The translations under genes were made by a program, and so were the position numbers. Under the pieces are notes generated by a model. The model saw nothing but the letters and a program-made list of their open reading frames with translations, searched no databases and had not been told where the DNA came from. Below, one piece after another: positions 23,274-34,900 of a stretch of DNA of 64,000 nucleotides. Origin of the DNA: Macrostomum lignano (lineage: Eukaryota); contig NIVC01000900.1 of assembly GCA_002269645.1 (NCBI GenBank), forward strand, positions 1 through 64,000, written 5' to 3'. Position 1 is the first letter of the stretch; the number at the start of each line of letters is the position of its first letter.

Positions 23274-26200
23274 ATGCTTCGGTCAGTATTGTTGCTGCTG
23301 TTGTGCCAATTTCTTCTTCTAGTAGAGATTTGTCGCACATCGGCCGCAGTTTATCAAGCAAGCAAGGAGGAGTCTGTCTCTCAGTCGGCACCCACCCTGC
23401 TCCAGGTGACTCTGCTGTATCGTCACGGGGAGCGAACCCCGGTGCACACGTTTCCTTCAGATCCTTACAAGCAGCTGTTTCGACCGTACGGCAGTGAGCA
23501 GCTTCTGGAAGAGGGCGTCAGGCAGCACTTTGAGCTGGGCAAATATCTGCGTAGGAGGTACTCGAGCTTGTTGCCAAGGCGATTCAATGTAACCCGGATG
23601 CACGTGCGCAGCACAGACACGGATAGGACTATCATGAGTGCTCAGGCCAATCTGGCTGGCCTGTTCCCTGATCAGTGCTCTGCGGCTGCTGATGGCGCTC
23701 CCCAGCTGCCCGCCTGCTATCCTGTGCCGGTATGTCTGTGTGCTGTCTGTGTGTGTCTGCTGTGTCTGCTGTGTCTTTGTGTCTGCTGTGTCTTTGCGTC
23801 TGCTGTGTCTTTGTGTGTGTCTGCTGTGTCTTTGTGTGTGTCTGCTGTGTCTTTGTGTCTGCTGTGTCTTTGTGTCTGCTGTGTCTTTGTGTCTGCTGTG
23901 TCTGCTGTGTCTGCTGTGTCTTTGTGTCTGCTGTGTCTGCTGTGTCTTTATGTCTGCTGTGTCTGCTGTGTCTTTATGTCTGCTGTGTCTTTGTGTCTGC
24001 TGTGTCTGTGTGTGTCTGGTGTGTCTTTGTGTCTGCTGTGTCTTTGTGTCCGCTGTGTCTTTGTGTCTGCTGTGTCTGCTGTTTCTTTGTGTCTGCTGTG
24101 TCTTTGTGTCTGCTGTGTCTTTGTGTCTGCTGTGTCTGGTGTGTCTTTGTGTCTGCTGTGTCTGTGTCTGGTGTGTCTTTGTGTCTGCTGTGTCTGTGTC
24201 TGCTGTGTCTTTGTGTCTGCTGTGGATCTTTGTGTCTGCTGTGTGCTGTGTCTTTGTGTCTGCTGTGGATCTTTGTGTCTGCTGTGTCTGTGTGTGTCTG
24301 GTGTGTCTTTGTGTCTGCTGTGTCTGTGTCTGCTGTGTCTTTGTGTCTGCTGTGGATCTTTGTGTCTGCTGTGTGCTGTGTCTTTGTGTCTGCTGTGGAT
24401 CTTTGTGTCTGCTGTGTCTGTGTGTGTCTGGTGTGTCTTTGTGTCTGCTGTGTCTTTGTGTCTGCTGTGTCTTTGTGTCTGCTGTGTCTGCTGTTTCTTT
24501 GTGTCTGCTGTGTCTTTGTGTCTGCTGTGGATCTTTGTGTCTGCTGTGTCTTTGTGTCTGCTGTGTCTTTGTGTCTGCTGTGTCTTTGTGTCTGCTGTGG
24601 ATCTTTCTGTCTGCTGTGGATCTTTGTGTCTGCTGTGTCTGCTGTTTCTTTGTGTCTGCTGTGTCTTTGTGTCTGCTGTGTCTTTGTGTTCGCTGTGTCT
24701 TTGTGTCTGCTGTGTCTTTGTGTCTGCTGTGTCTTTGTGTCTGCTGTGTCTTTGTGTCTGCTGTGGATCTTTGTGTCTGCTGTGTCTGTGTGTGTCTGCT
24801 GTCTGTGTGTGTCTGCTGTGTCTTTATGTTTGTCGGCTGTCTGTTGTGTGTCTGCTGTCTGTTGTGTGTCTGCTGTCTCTGTCCACCTGTTCCTCTCACT
24901 CGCCAGTTGCCCCCCCCCTCAACCCGCCGCAGATCCACACGGTACCGAAGCCCACAGACCAGCTGCTCAAGATGAGCTCCCCCTGCCCAGCCTACACTCG
25001 GCACTGGCGCGAATTCAAACTGCGCCCCGATGGTCCGTACGCGTCCGCTGGCCGGCGATTCGCCTGGCTGGCCGAGCGCGCTCGAGTCGGGACTGGGTGG
25101 CGCCAAGGCGAGCCTCTCGGCATCTCGGAGCTGTGGAAAATCGCCGACCCCATAGCGGTGTGGCGCTCCCTGGGCCTGAAGCTGCCCGACTGGGTGGATC
25201 ATGACGTCATAGCCGGATTAGAAGAGCTGCGACATTTGAAATTTGCTTGGAAATTCTCGGAACCGAAATTGTACGGCAGCAGGATTGGAGCCCTGATTGC
25301 TCGGTTGGTTGGGGATATGGAAGCTCGCCTGGCTGGGAGAAGCAATAAGGTGCGGTGGGGATTGTTTTTTTGGGAATTTTTCTCTTGTTGTTTGTCATTA
25401 AGAATTCTGAAATGCAATATTTAAAATCTTAAATCCTTTTTATAGTCTATTTATTGGGAATTTCCCCCAAAATGTTTAAAATCCCAATCCTGATTTTATA
25501 TCCCATTTTAGGAATTCTTCCTAAAATGTAAAAAATCCCAGATCCTAGATTACTTTATAATCCTCTTATTTGGAATTCTCCCCCAAAATATTTCAAATCC
25601 CAATTTTGATTTATGATCCCGTTATTGATGATTTTCCGCAAATATTAAAAAATCTCAATTTTTTTAAATCCCCTTATTGGGAATTCTCCCCAAAATTTAC
25701 AAATCTCTGTTATGGTTTATAATCCCCTTGTTGGCAATTCTTCCTTAAATATTTAAAATCCCAATTCTGATTTAAAATCCCCATATTGAAAATTCTTCCA
25801 CAAATATTTAAAATTCCAATTTCGTTTTGTGATCCCTTTTTTGGGATTTTGTAATCGATTTTGATCCCATATCTGAAATGCGGATTTTCCTACCGCATTC
25901 TACCCTCCCCCCTTCCCCCAGATTCTGCAAGTGTACTCCGCACACGACAGCACCGTCTCGGCATTTTTAAGCGCCTTTGGCGTCTTCAACAATCTCCAAC
26001 CTCCATTGGCTGCCTGCGCTATGCTAGAGCTGTACAGCGATGGAGAAGTGCGGCTGTTCTATCGGAATGCTACTACTACTACTAATAGTAGTTTGTCAGC
26101 TGATCCGCCACTGCCAATGCTGATACCATTCTGTCAGAAGCCCTGCCTACTAAGCCAGTTAGCTAAGCAGATGCGCAAGCGCGGTGCTCACTCTGATTCA

Positions 26201-26425
26201 GGCGAATCGATGTGCGAATTAGCTACTGATAGTAGCGTTTCTAAAACTACTGTTACTACTGATAGTAGTTCTAATGCGATTTTCATTGTACTTTTTGGAT
26301 TGATTCTTTGTCTAGCTATTACTCTCGTAATCACCTGTTGGTTGTGGAATAAAGAGCGACAGCTGAGATTGGAGTTTGATAGTAATATGTTTGCTAATCA
26401 TATTAGTAAGACGAAGGATTGCTAG
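23274..26425 (+). CDS. Histidine acid phosphatase 1 (lysosomal/prostatic acid phosphatase-like), 458 aa; exons 23274-23729, 24933-25349, 25922-26425
   Basis: Signal peptide, RHGERTP, RSTDTDRTIMSAQANLAGLFP, VP|IHTVP, CPAY, YSAHD, C-terminal TM helix (AIFIVLFGLILCLAITLVITCWLW); both introns GT-AG phase 0. Confidence 0.92.
23730..24880. repeat. 9/17-bp TG/TC-rich minisatellite (CTGCTGTGTCTTTGTGT) filling phosphatase 1 intron 1
   Basis: Direct reading; starts at the donor site. Confidence 0.95.
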
Positions 26426-26929
26426 TCTATATTGACTGTCTACAGCTAGACTCTATTGGAATCCTCTATATGGACCTTTGGGGCATTTCGTGCGACTCAC
26501 AACCCATGAGAGGCCAACCACCAAGGATCAGAGGAATTCTTTGTTAAATATGTTTGTTTGTTTGGCTTCACCTATGCTTAAATTCCAGGTTTTGTTTTTT
26601 TGTGAAATTCCGATATCGTATTTTTGTATGAAATTATGCTAGGTAAAGTATATTATAATACTTTAGTATTCCTTGCGCCTTAAGAAATCCTCAACAGTGA
26701 AACTGTATACTCCTTTTTATAATTGGGATTTTTTCCTGAGCTCCAGTTGTATCAGTTAGTGATTTGGCAATCATTCACTTCTGTATGATATGCTGCCCGG
26801 GTCGGCAAAACTGCTACCTTGAAAAGTCAGATAAAGAATCTTCATCAGTTCATGGCTGAGGGGAGGAGAGTATAGAGAATGAGGATTGAGATGTAAAATT
26901 AAAAGATGATGAAGGCTAGACAGAAAATA

Positions 26930-27076
26930 CAAAGAAAGAAGAGATTGGACGGTAGATGAGAGAGATGAGAAGAGAGGTGAGAAAAGGGGGAGAGAGGACA
27001 TTGATGATAGAAGAGTAGAGTGAGTAGAAAATAGGGGAAAGAGAAGAGGATAAAGAAGAGGGGAGAGGAGAGAGGG

Positions 27077-27125
<49 letters not shown>

Positions 27126-27270
27126 AGAGAAGAGAAGAGAAGGGGAGGAGAGAAGAGAGGAGAGAAGAGAGGGGAGAGAAGAGAGGGGGGAGAGGAGAGA
27201 AGAGAAGAGGCAAGAGGAAAGGACAGAAGAAGCGAACGAGGAGAGAGGAGACAAGAGAGCTAAGAAGGGA
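26930..27270. repeat. GA-rich low-complexity tract
   Basis: Direct reading. Confidence 0.8.
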
Positions 27271-27799
27271 CACAAACCTCGGATTCCTATTGTAAAGTTT
27301 CAATGGGCCCTAATGCCAGGGACTTTGCTGACCCCGTAATCTAGGTCAATTCCGCCTCCAAGTTTATTGTTTAAAATACAATAAAATAGTGCTAACTTTA
27401 ACAAAATGAATTTTGAAATGCTTTCTTTATATCATTCATTTTTCTAAGTAGTTTTACTATTAGTAGTTATGCACGCATTTAGATGCAATAAATTGTTTTT
27501 CTTAAAGTTGTTTTGTCTGTCTCTTTAATTAGATTAATTATAAGATTTACCCCGATGATTAGTCAGGTATATCTAATTCCTAGAAAGTATAGATTAATTT
27601 TCGTATCATTGTATGTACTTATATAAGCACAGCGCGCCGCATATTATATTTGATGCTTGGGTGATGACTGACAATTCTTTTCATTTCGTTTCTATTTTTT
27701 ATCCTATTTTGACAATTTAGCACAGCCAATCTGGTCCACTGCCTCTCTGTCTCTCTTGTCATCTCACTCTCGATATGCCCCCTTCTACCGTTCTCTTCT

Positions 27800-28253
27800 C
27801 AAGCTCACTATACCTCTGTCCTCATCTCCCTCTCTCTCATCTCCCTCTCTCTCATCTTCCTCTCTCTCATCTCCCTCTCTCTCATCTCCCCCTCTCTCAT
27901 CTCCCTCTCTCTCTCATCTCCCTCTCTCTCATCTCCCTCTCTCTCATCTCCCTCTCTCTCTCTCTCTCATCTCCCCATCTCTTATCTCCCTCTCTCTCAC
28001 CCTCTCTCTATCTCCCCATCTCTTATCTCCCTCTCTCTCACCCTCTCTCTCATCTCCCATCTCTTATCTCCCTCTCTCTCACCCTCTCTCTCATCTCCCT
28101 CTCTCTCTCTCTCTCATCTCCCCATCTCTTATCTCCCTCTCTCTTATCTCCCTCTCTCTCATCTCCCTCTCTCTCATCTCCCTCTCTCTCTCATCTCCCT
28201 CTCTCTCATCTCCCTCTCTCTCATCTCCCCCTCTCTCATCTCCCTCTCTCTCA

Positions 28254-28320
<67 letters not shown>

Positions 28321-28720
28321 TCCCTCTCTCTCATCTCCCTCTCTCTCATCTCCCTCTCTCTCTCTCATCTCCCTCTCTCTCATCTCCCTCTCTCTCATCT
28401 CCCTCTCTCTCTCTCATCTCCCTCTCTCTCATCTCCCTCTCTCTCTCTCATCTCCCTCTCTCTCATCTCCCTCTCTCTCATCTCCCTCTCTCTCATCTCC
28501 CTCTCTCTCATCTCCCTCTCTCTCATCCCCCCCCTCTCTCATCTCTCTCTCTCATCTCCCTCTCTCTCACCCTCTCTCTCATCTCCCCCTCTCTTATCTC
28601 CCCCTCTCTCATCTCTCTCTCTCATCTCCCTCTCTCTCACCCTCTCTCTCACCCTCTCTCTCATCTCCCCCTCTCTTATCCCCCTCTCTCATCTCTCTCA
28701 TCCTCTCATCTTTATCTTCC
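27800..28720. repeat. CT-rich microsatellite mosaic ((CT)n and CTCTCTCATCTCC)
   Basis: Direct reading. Confidence 0.9.
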
Positions 28721-28945
28721 TCTCCTGTATTTCTCGCTCTGCATCTCCATCTCCCCCAAATTTCTCTTTATATATCACTCCGGCCATTACCTATTGAACA
28801 CATTTACGTACACCAGTCACATTGTTAGGTACCGCTTGAGTACTAGGCTTCTACCATAGAGTTAAAAGACAAACGATAACTCAACCTCTGTTGATAAAAA
28901 ATCAACAGATGAAATTTTGAATTGATTTTTTCAGAGCGCCGCACC

Positions 28946-31900
28946 ATGTCCATGACAGCTGCAGAACGTCAGTCCTTCTCATTGAGTCAGCAATCTGTGC
29001 TATTGTCCACTTTGCTTCTTCTTCTTTTAGTAGCAGAAATTCCCTGCCCAGTTCGGGCCACCAGTCTGGTACAATTGCAGCTGGTATTTCGTCACGGCAT
29101 CAGAAATCCAATTCGCATGCCCCCGAATGACCCGTACGCTGGCAGGTACAATGCGACTCTGGGCCAGCTCACTCCGGCAGGTGCCAAGCAAATGCGGGAT
29201 TTGGGTCACTTTGTTCGGACCTACTATGCTGAACAAAGGGTGCTGCCCGAGCGCTATGACCCCAATGTGGTGAGTGGGGGGCTCTGGTGTCTGTAATGTG
29301 CATCCTCTGAGCTGGCATCTACCTGGATGCTTAGTTGCTGGGCAGCCAGCCTCCCAGATCCTCAGTTGCTGGGCAGCCAGCCTCCCAGATCCCCAGTTGC
29401 TGGGCAGCCAGCCTCCCAGATTCTCAGTTGCTGAGCCAGCATCCCGATCCTCAGTTGCTGGGCCAGCCTCCCCGATCCTCAGTTGCTGAGCCAGCCTCCC
29501 AGATCCTCAGTTGCTGGGCAGCCAGCCTCCCAGATCCTCAGTTGCTGGGCAGCCAGCCTCCCAGATCCTCAGTTGCTGGGCCAGCCTCCCCGATCCTCAG
29601 TTGCTGAGCCAGCCTCCCAGATCCTCAGTTGCTGGGCAGCCAGCCTCCCAGATCCTCAGTTGCTGAGCCAGCCTCCCAGTTCCTCAGTTGCTGAGCCAGC
29701 CTCCCAGATCCTCAGTTGCTGGGCAGCCTCCCAGATCCTCAGTTGCTGGGCAGCCAGCCTCCCAGATCTTCAGTTGCTGAGCCAGCCTCCCAGATCCTCA
29801 GTTGCTGGGCAGCCTCCCAGATCCTCAGTTGCTGAGCCAGCATCCCGATCCTCAGTTGCTGGGCCAGCCTCCCAGATCCTCAGTTGCTGAGCCAGCATCC
29901 CCGATCCTCAGTTGCTGGGCCAGCCTCCCAGATCCTCAGATGCTGAGACAGCCTCCCGGATTCTCTGCAGTTGCTCTGCAATCTATATGTCAAATCCTAA
30001 AATAAGTCCCTAATCATCCTCAAGTGCTGAAAAAATCCCCAATTACAGATGTGGGCCTACAGCACGGACACAGATCGCACGCTGGCTTCCTGTCAGGCAT
30101 TTTTATTAGGTCTGTTTCCCAACCAGTCGCCAGGCACTAATCTAAGCCGTAACGGAAGCTCCGTTGCCTCCGCCGGGACTCCCATACCGATCCACTCCGG
30201 CCCAAAAAAGAGCGATGTTTTAAAGCCTACTGGGTAAGCAATATTCTATGCTACATGTCGCTTATTACATATTTGGATTTGAATCATTGCATTTTTGTCG
30301 TAGGGTGTTTGTAGGGAGTGCCAGATGGTTTTTGAGAGTGCCAGATGATTATTGAGAGTGCCAGATGATTGTTGAGAGTGCCAGATGATTGTTGAGAGTG
30401 CCAGATGATTATTGAGAGTGCCAGCTGGTTGTTGAGAGTTCCAGATGATTATTGAGAGTGCCAGATGATTATTAAAAGTGCCAGATGATTATTAAGAGTG
30501 CCAGATGATTATTGAGAGTGCCAGATGATTGTTGAGAGTGCCAGATGATTATTAAAAGTGCCAGATGATTATTAAGAGTGCCAGATGATTATTGAGAGTG
30601 CCAGATGATTGTTGAGAGTGCCAGATGATTATTGAGAGTGCCAGATGATTATTAAAAGTGCCAGATGATTATTAAGAGTGCCAGATGATTATTGAGAGTG
30701 CCAGATGATTGTTGAGAGTGCCAGATGATTATTGAGAGTGCCAGATGATTGTTGAGAGTGCCAGATGATTATTGAGAGTGCCAGATGATTATTAAAAGTG
30801 CCAGATGATTATTAAAAGGGCCAGATGATTATTAAGAGTGCCAGATGATTATTGAGAGTGCCAGATGATTATTAAAAGTGCCAGATGATTATTAAGAGTG
30901 CCAGATGATTATTGAGAGTGCCAGATGATTGTTGAGAGTGCCAGATGATTATTGAGAGTGCCAGATGATTATTAAGAGTGCCAGATGATTATTGAGAGTG
31001 CCAGATGATTGTTGAGAGTGCCAGATGATTATTAAAAGTGCCAGATGATTATTAAGAGTGCCAGATGATTATTGAGAGTGCCAGATGATTGTTGAGAGTG
31101 CCAGATGATTATTGAGAGTGCCAGATGATTATTAAAAGTGCCAGATGATTATTAAGAGTGCCAGATGATTATTGAGAGTGCCAGATGATTGTTGAGAGTG
31201 CCAGATGATTATTGAGAGTGCCAGCTGGTTGTTGAGAGTTCCAGATGATTATTGAGAGTGCCAGATGATTATTAAAAGTGCCAGATGATTATTAAGAGTG
31301 CCAGATGATTATTGAGAGTGCCAGATGATTGTTGAGAGTGCCAGATGATTATTAAAAGTGCCAGATGATTATTAAGAGTGCCAGATGATTATTGAGAGTG
31401 CCAGATGATTGTTGAGAGTGCCAGATGATTATTGAGAGTGCCAGATGATTATTAAAAGTGCCAGATGATTATTAAGAGTGCCAGATGATTATTGAGAGTG
31501 CCAGATGATTGTTGAGAGTGCCAGATGATTATTGAGAGTGCCAGATGATTGTTGAGAGTGCCAGATGATTATTGAGAGTGCCAGATGATTATTAAAAGTG
31601 CCAGATGATTATTAAAAGGGCCAGATGATTATTAAGAGTGCCAGATGATTATTGAGAGTGCCAGATGATTATTAAAAGTGCCAGATGATTATTAAGAGTG
31701 CCAGATGATTATTGAGAGTGCCAGATGATTGTTAAAAGTGTCAGATGATTATTAAAAGTGCCAGATGATTATTAAGAGTGCCAGATGATTATTGAGAGTG
31801 CCAGATGATTGTTGAGAGTGCCAGATGATTATTAAAAGTGCCAGATGATTATTAAGAGTGCCAGATGATTATTAAGAGTGCCAGATGATTATTAAGAGTG

Positions 31901-34900
31901 CCAGATGATTATTGAGAGTGCCAGAAGATTGTTGAGAGTGCCAGAAGATTGTTGAGAGTGCCAGATGATTGTTGAGAGTGCCAGAAGATTGTTGAGAGTT
32001 CCAGAAGATTGTTGAGAGTGCCAGAAGATTTTTGAGAGTGCCAGAAGATTGTTGAGAGTGCCAGAAGATTTTTGAGAGTGCCAGAAGATTGTTGAGAGTG
32101 CCAGATGATTATTAAAAGTGCCAGAAGATTGTTGAGAGTGCCAGATGATTTTTCAGAGTGCCAGCTGGTTGTTGAGAGTGCCAGATGCTAGGTGAGAGTG
32201 CCAGATGATAGGTGAGTGCCAGATGATAGGTGAGAGTGCCAGATGATAGGTGAGAGTGCCAGATGATAGGTGAGAGTGCCAGATGGTTGTTGAGAGTGCC
32301 AGATGATTTTTGAGAGTGCCAGATGATAGGTGAGAGTGCCAGATGGTTGTTGAGAGTGATGGATCATGATTAAGGAATCTTACTTTAGTTTCTGTGTTTA
32401 AAACAATTATTTTCATTTGACATCTCTACAGAATATTCACTGTTCGTACTTTTACAACACTGATTGAGAAAAATTGCATTGATTTTTTTAGATGCACTCC
32501 TTTGAACGTTGCGCAGTCGGAATTCATTAAAGAGGCTTTGCTAAAATAGCCTCTAAAATTTGCCATTCTGTTTGCGAGCTATATTCAGTTAGTTTGAGCA
32601 CACAGATAGAGAGACGTTATGCTTTGTAAATGCTTTGATTTTTGTCAAAAGAGGATTCCGTTGAAAGGTCCCTAGAGTCTGTCTATTGCAATTTTAAATG
32701 TTCTCATTCGATTTGAGAATTGTGAACTTCTTCTGAGTGAATAATTATCGAATTCTCCACCCTGAGATTTGCCTCAGGAACCTCACCCAAACCTGAGATT
32801 CGCCCTAGAATCTCACCCTGAGATTCGCCCTAGAATCTCACCCTGAGATTCGCCCTAAAATCTCACTCTGAGATTAGCTCTAAAATCTCACCATGAGATT
32901 AGCTCTAAAATCTCACCATGAGATTAGCTCTAAAATCTCACCATGAGATTAGCTCTAAAATCTCACCCAGAGATTCGCCCTAGAATCTCACCCTGATATT
33001 TACCCCAAAATCTCACCCATTAAATTAGCTCTAAAATCTCACCCTGAAATACGCCCCAGAATCTCACCCAGAGATTCGCCCCAGAATCTCACCCTGGGAT
33101 TCGGCCTAGAATCTCACTCAGAGATTCGCCCAAGAATCTCACCCTGGGATTCGGCCTAGAATCTCACCCACCCTGAGATTCGCCTCAGAATCTCACCCAC
33201 CCTGAGATTCGCCCTAGAATCTCACCCTGGGATTCGGCCTAGAATCTCATCCACCCTGAGATTCGCCTCAGAATCTCACCCACCCTGAGATTCGCCTCAG
33301 AATCTCACCCATCCTGAGATTCGCCTCAGAATCTCACCCACCCTTAGATTTGCTCTAAAGTCTCACTCTGAGATTCGCTCTAAAGTCTCACTCTGAGATT
33401 CGCTCTAAAGTCTCACTCTGAGATTCGCTCTAAAGTCTCACTCTGAGATTCGCTAATGTCTTCATCAAATGATTCCAGCTACACCTGCCCAGTTCGAGAT
33501 CAGCTCATTAAAGCCACCACAACCGGCGCAGCTTATCGAGCCGAGGAGAATCGAGCTCGCGACTTTCTCAAGCGTTTAGCCTCGGCAACGGGCAAGCAGT
33601 CGTTTAGTTTGTCGGATGCCTGGACTCTGGGGAGTGCCGCAGAGATGTGGCTTGGGATGGGCCTGCGGCTGCCCGACTGGCTCAGCTTCTCCGACTACCA
33701 ACGGCTGCAGCTAATGAGGCTGAGGAAATACGAAATGAAATTCGACGATAATCCCCTGGTGAGGAAATTCTGCGGAGGCCCCCTGCTGGATCGGATGCTG
33801 ACCAGGTGAGGCTGGCAGATTAAACCATTGGGACTGTAGTATCCTTTGTCTCACCCTCCCTTGCTCTCTGCCGTGTGTGTCTATCTTCTTCTCTCCCTTG
33901 TGTGCCTCTCCCATTCTCTCCCTTGTGTGCCTCTCCCCTTTCTCTCAATTGTGTGCCTCTCCCTTGTGTGCCTCTCCCTTGTGTGCCTCTCCCCTTTCTC
34001 TCAATTGTGTGCCTCTCCCTTGTGTGCCTCTCCCTTGTGTGCCTCTCCCCTTTCTCTCAATTGTGTGCCTCTCCCATTCTCTCCCTTGTGTGCCTCTCCC
34101 ATTCTCTCCCTTGTGTGCCTCTCTCATTCTCTCCCTTGTGTGCCTCTCCCATTCTCTCCCTTGTGTGCCTCTCTCATTCTCTCCCTTGTGTGCCTCTCTC
34201 ATTCTCTCCCTTGTGTGCCTCTCCCATTCTCTCCCTTGTGTGCCTCTCCCATTCTCTCCCTTGTGTGCCTCTCCCCTTTCTCTCCCTTGTGTGCCTCTCC
34301 CATTCTCTCCCTTGTGTGCCTCTCCCATTCTCTCCCTTGTGTGCCTCTCCCATTCTCTCCCTTGTGTGCCTCTCCCATTCTCTCCCTTGTGTGCCTCTCC
34401 CCTTCTCTCCCTTGTGTGCCTCTCCCCTTCTCTCCCTTGTGTGCCTCTCCCCTTCTCTCCCTTGTGTGCCTCTCCCATTCTCTCCCTTGTGTGCCTCTCC
34501 CCTTCTCTCCCTTGTGTGCCTCTCCCATTCTCTCCCTTGTGTGCCTCTCCCCTTCTCTCCCTTGTGTGCCTCTCCCCTTCTCTCCCTTGTGTGCCTCTCC
34601 CCTTCTCTCCCTTGTGTGCCTCTCCCATTCTCTCCCTTGTGTGCCTCTCCCCTTTCTCTCCCTTGTGTGCCTCTCCCCTTTCTCTCCCTTGTGTGCCTCT
34701 CCCATTCTCTCCCTTGTGTGCCTCTCCCCTTCTCTCCCTTGTGTGCCTCTCCCCTTCTCTCCCTTGTGTGCCTCTCCCCTTCTCTCCCTTGTGTGCCTCT
34801 CCCATTCTCTCCCTTGTGTGCCTCTCCCCTTTCTCTCCCTTGTGTGCCTCTCCCCTTTCTCTCCCTTGTGTGCCTCTCCCATTCTCTCCCTTGTGTGCCT

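Noticed and set aside
23730-24932. 716-aa ORF implying a 401-aa Cys/Leu/Val insert in phosphatase 1 (intron is 1203 nt, in frame, stop-free)
   Set aside because: The repeat almost lacks A on this strand, so stops cannot form; canonical GT-AG sites restore the VP|IHTVP motif.
30315-32360. CRISPR-like regular repeats (also the 28-, 32-, 33-, 36- and 44-bp arrays)
   Set aside because: Head-to-tail units with no unique spacers, no cas genes, eukaryotic context.
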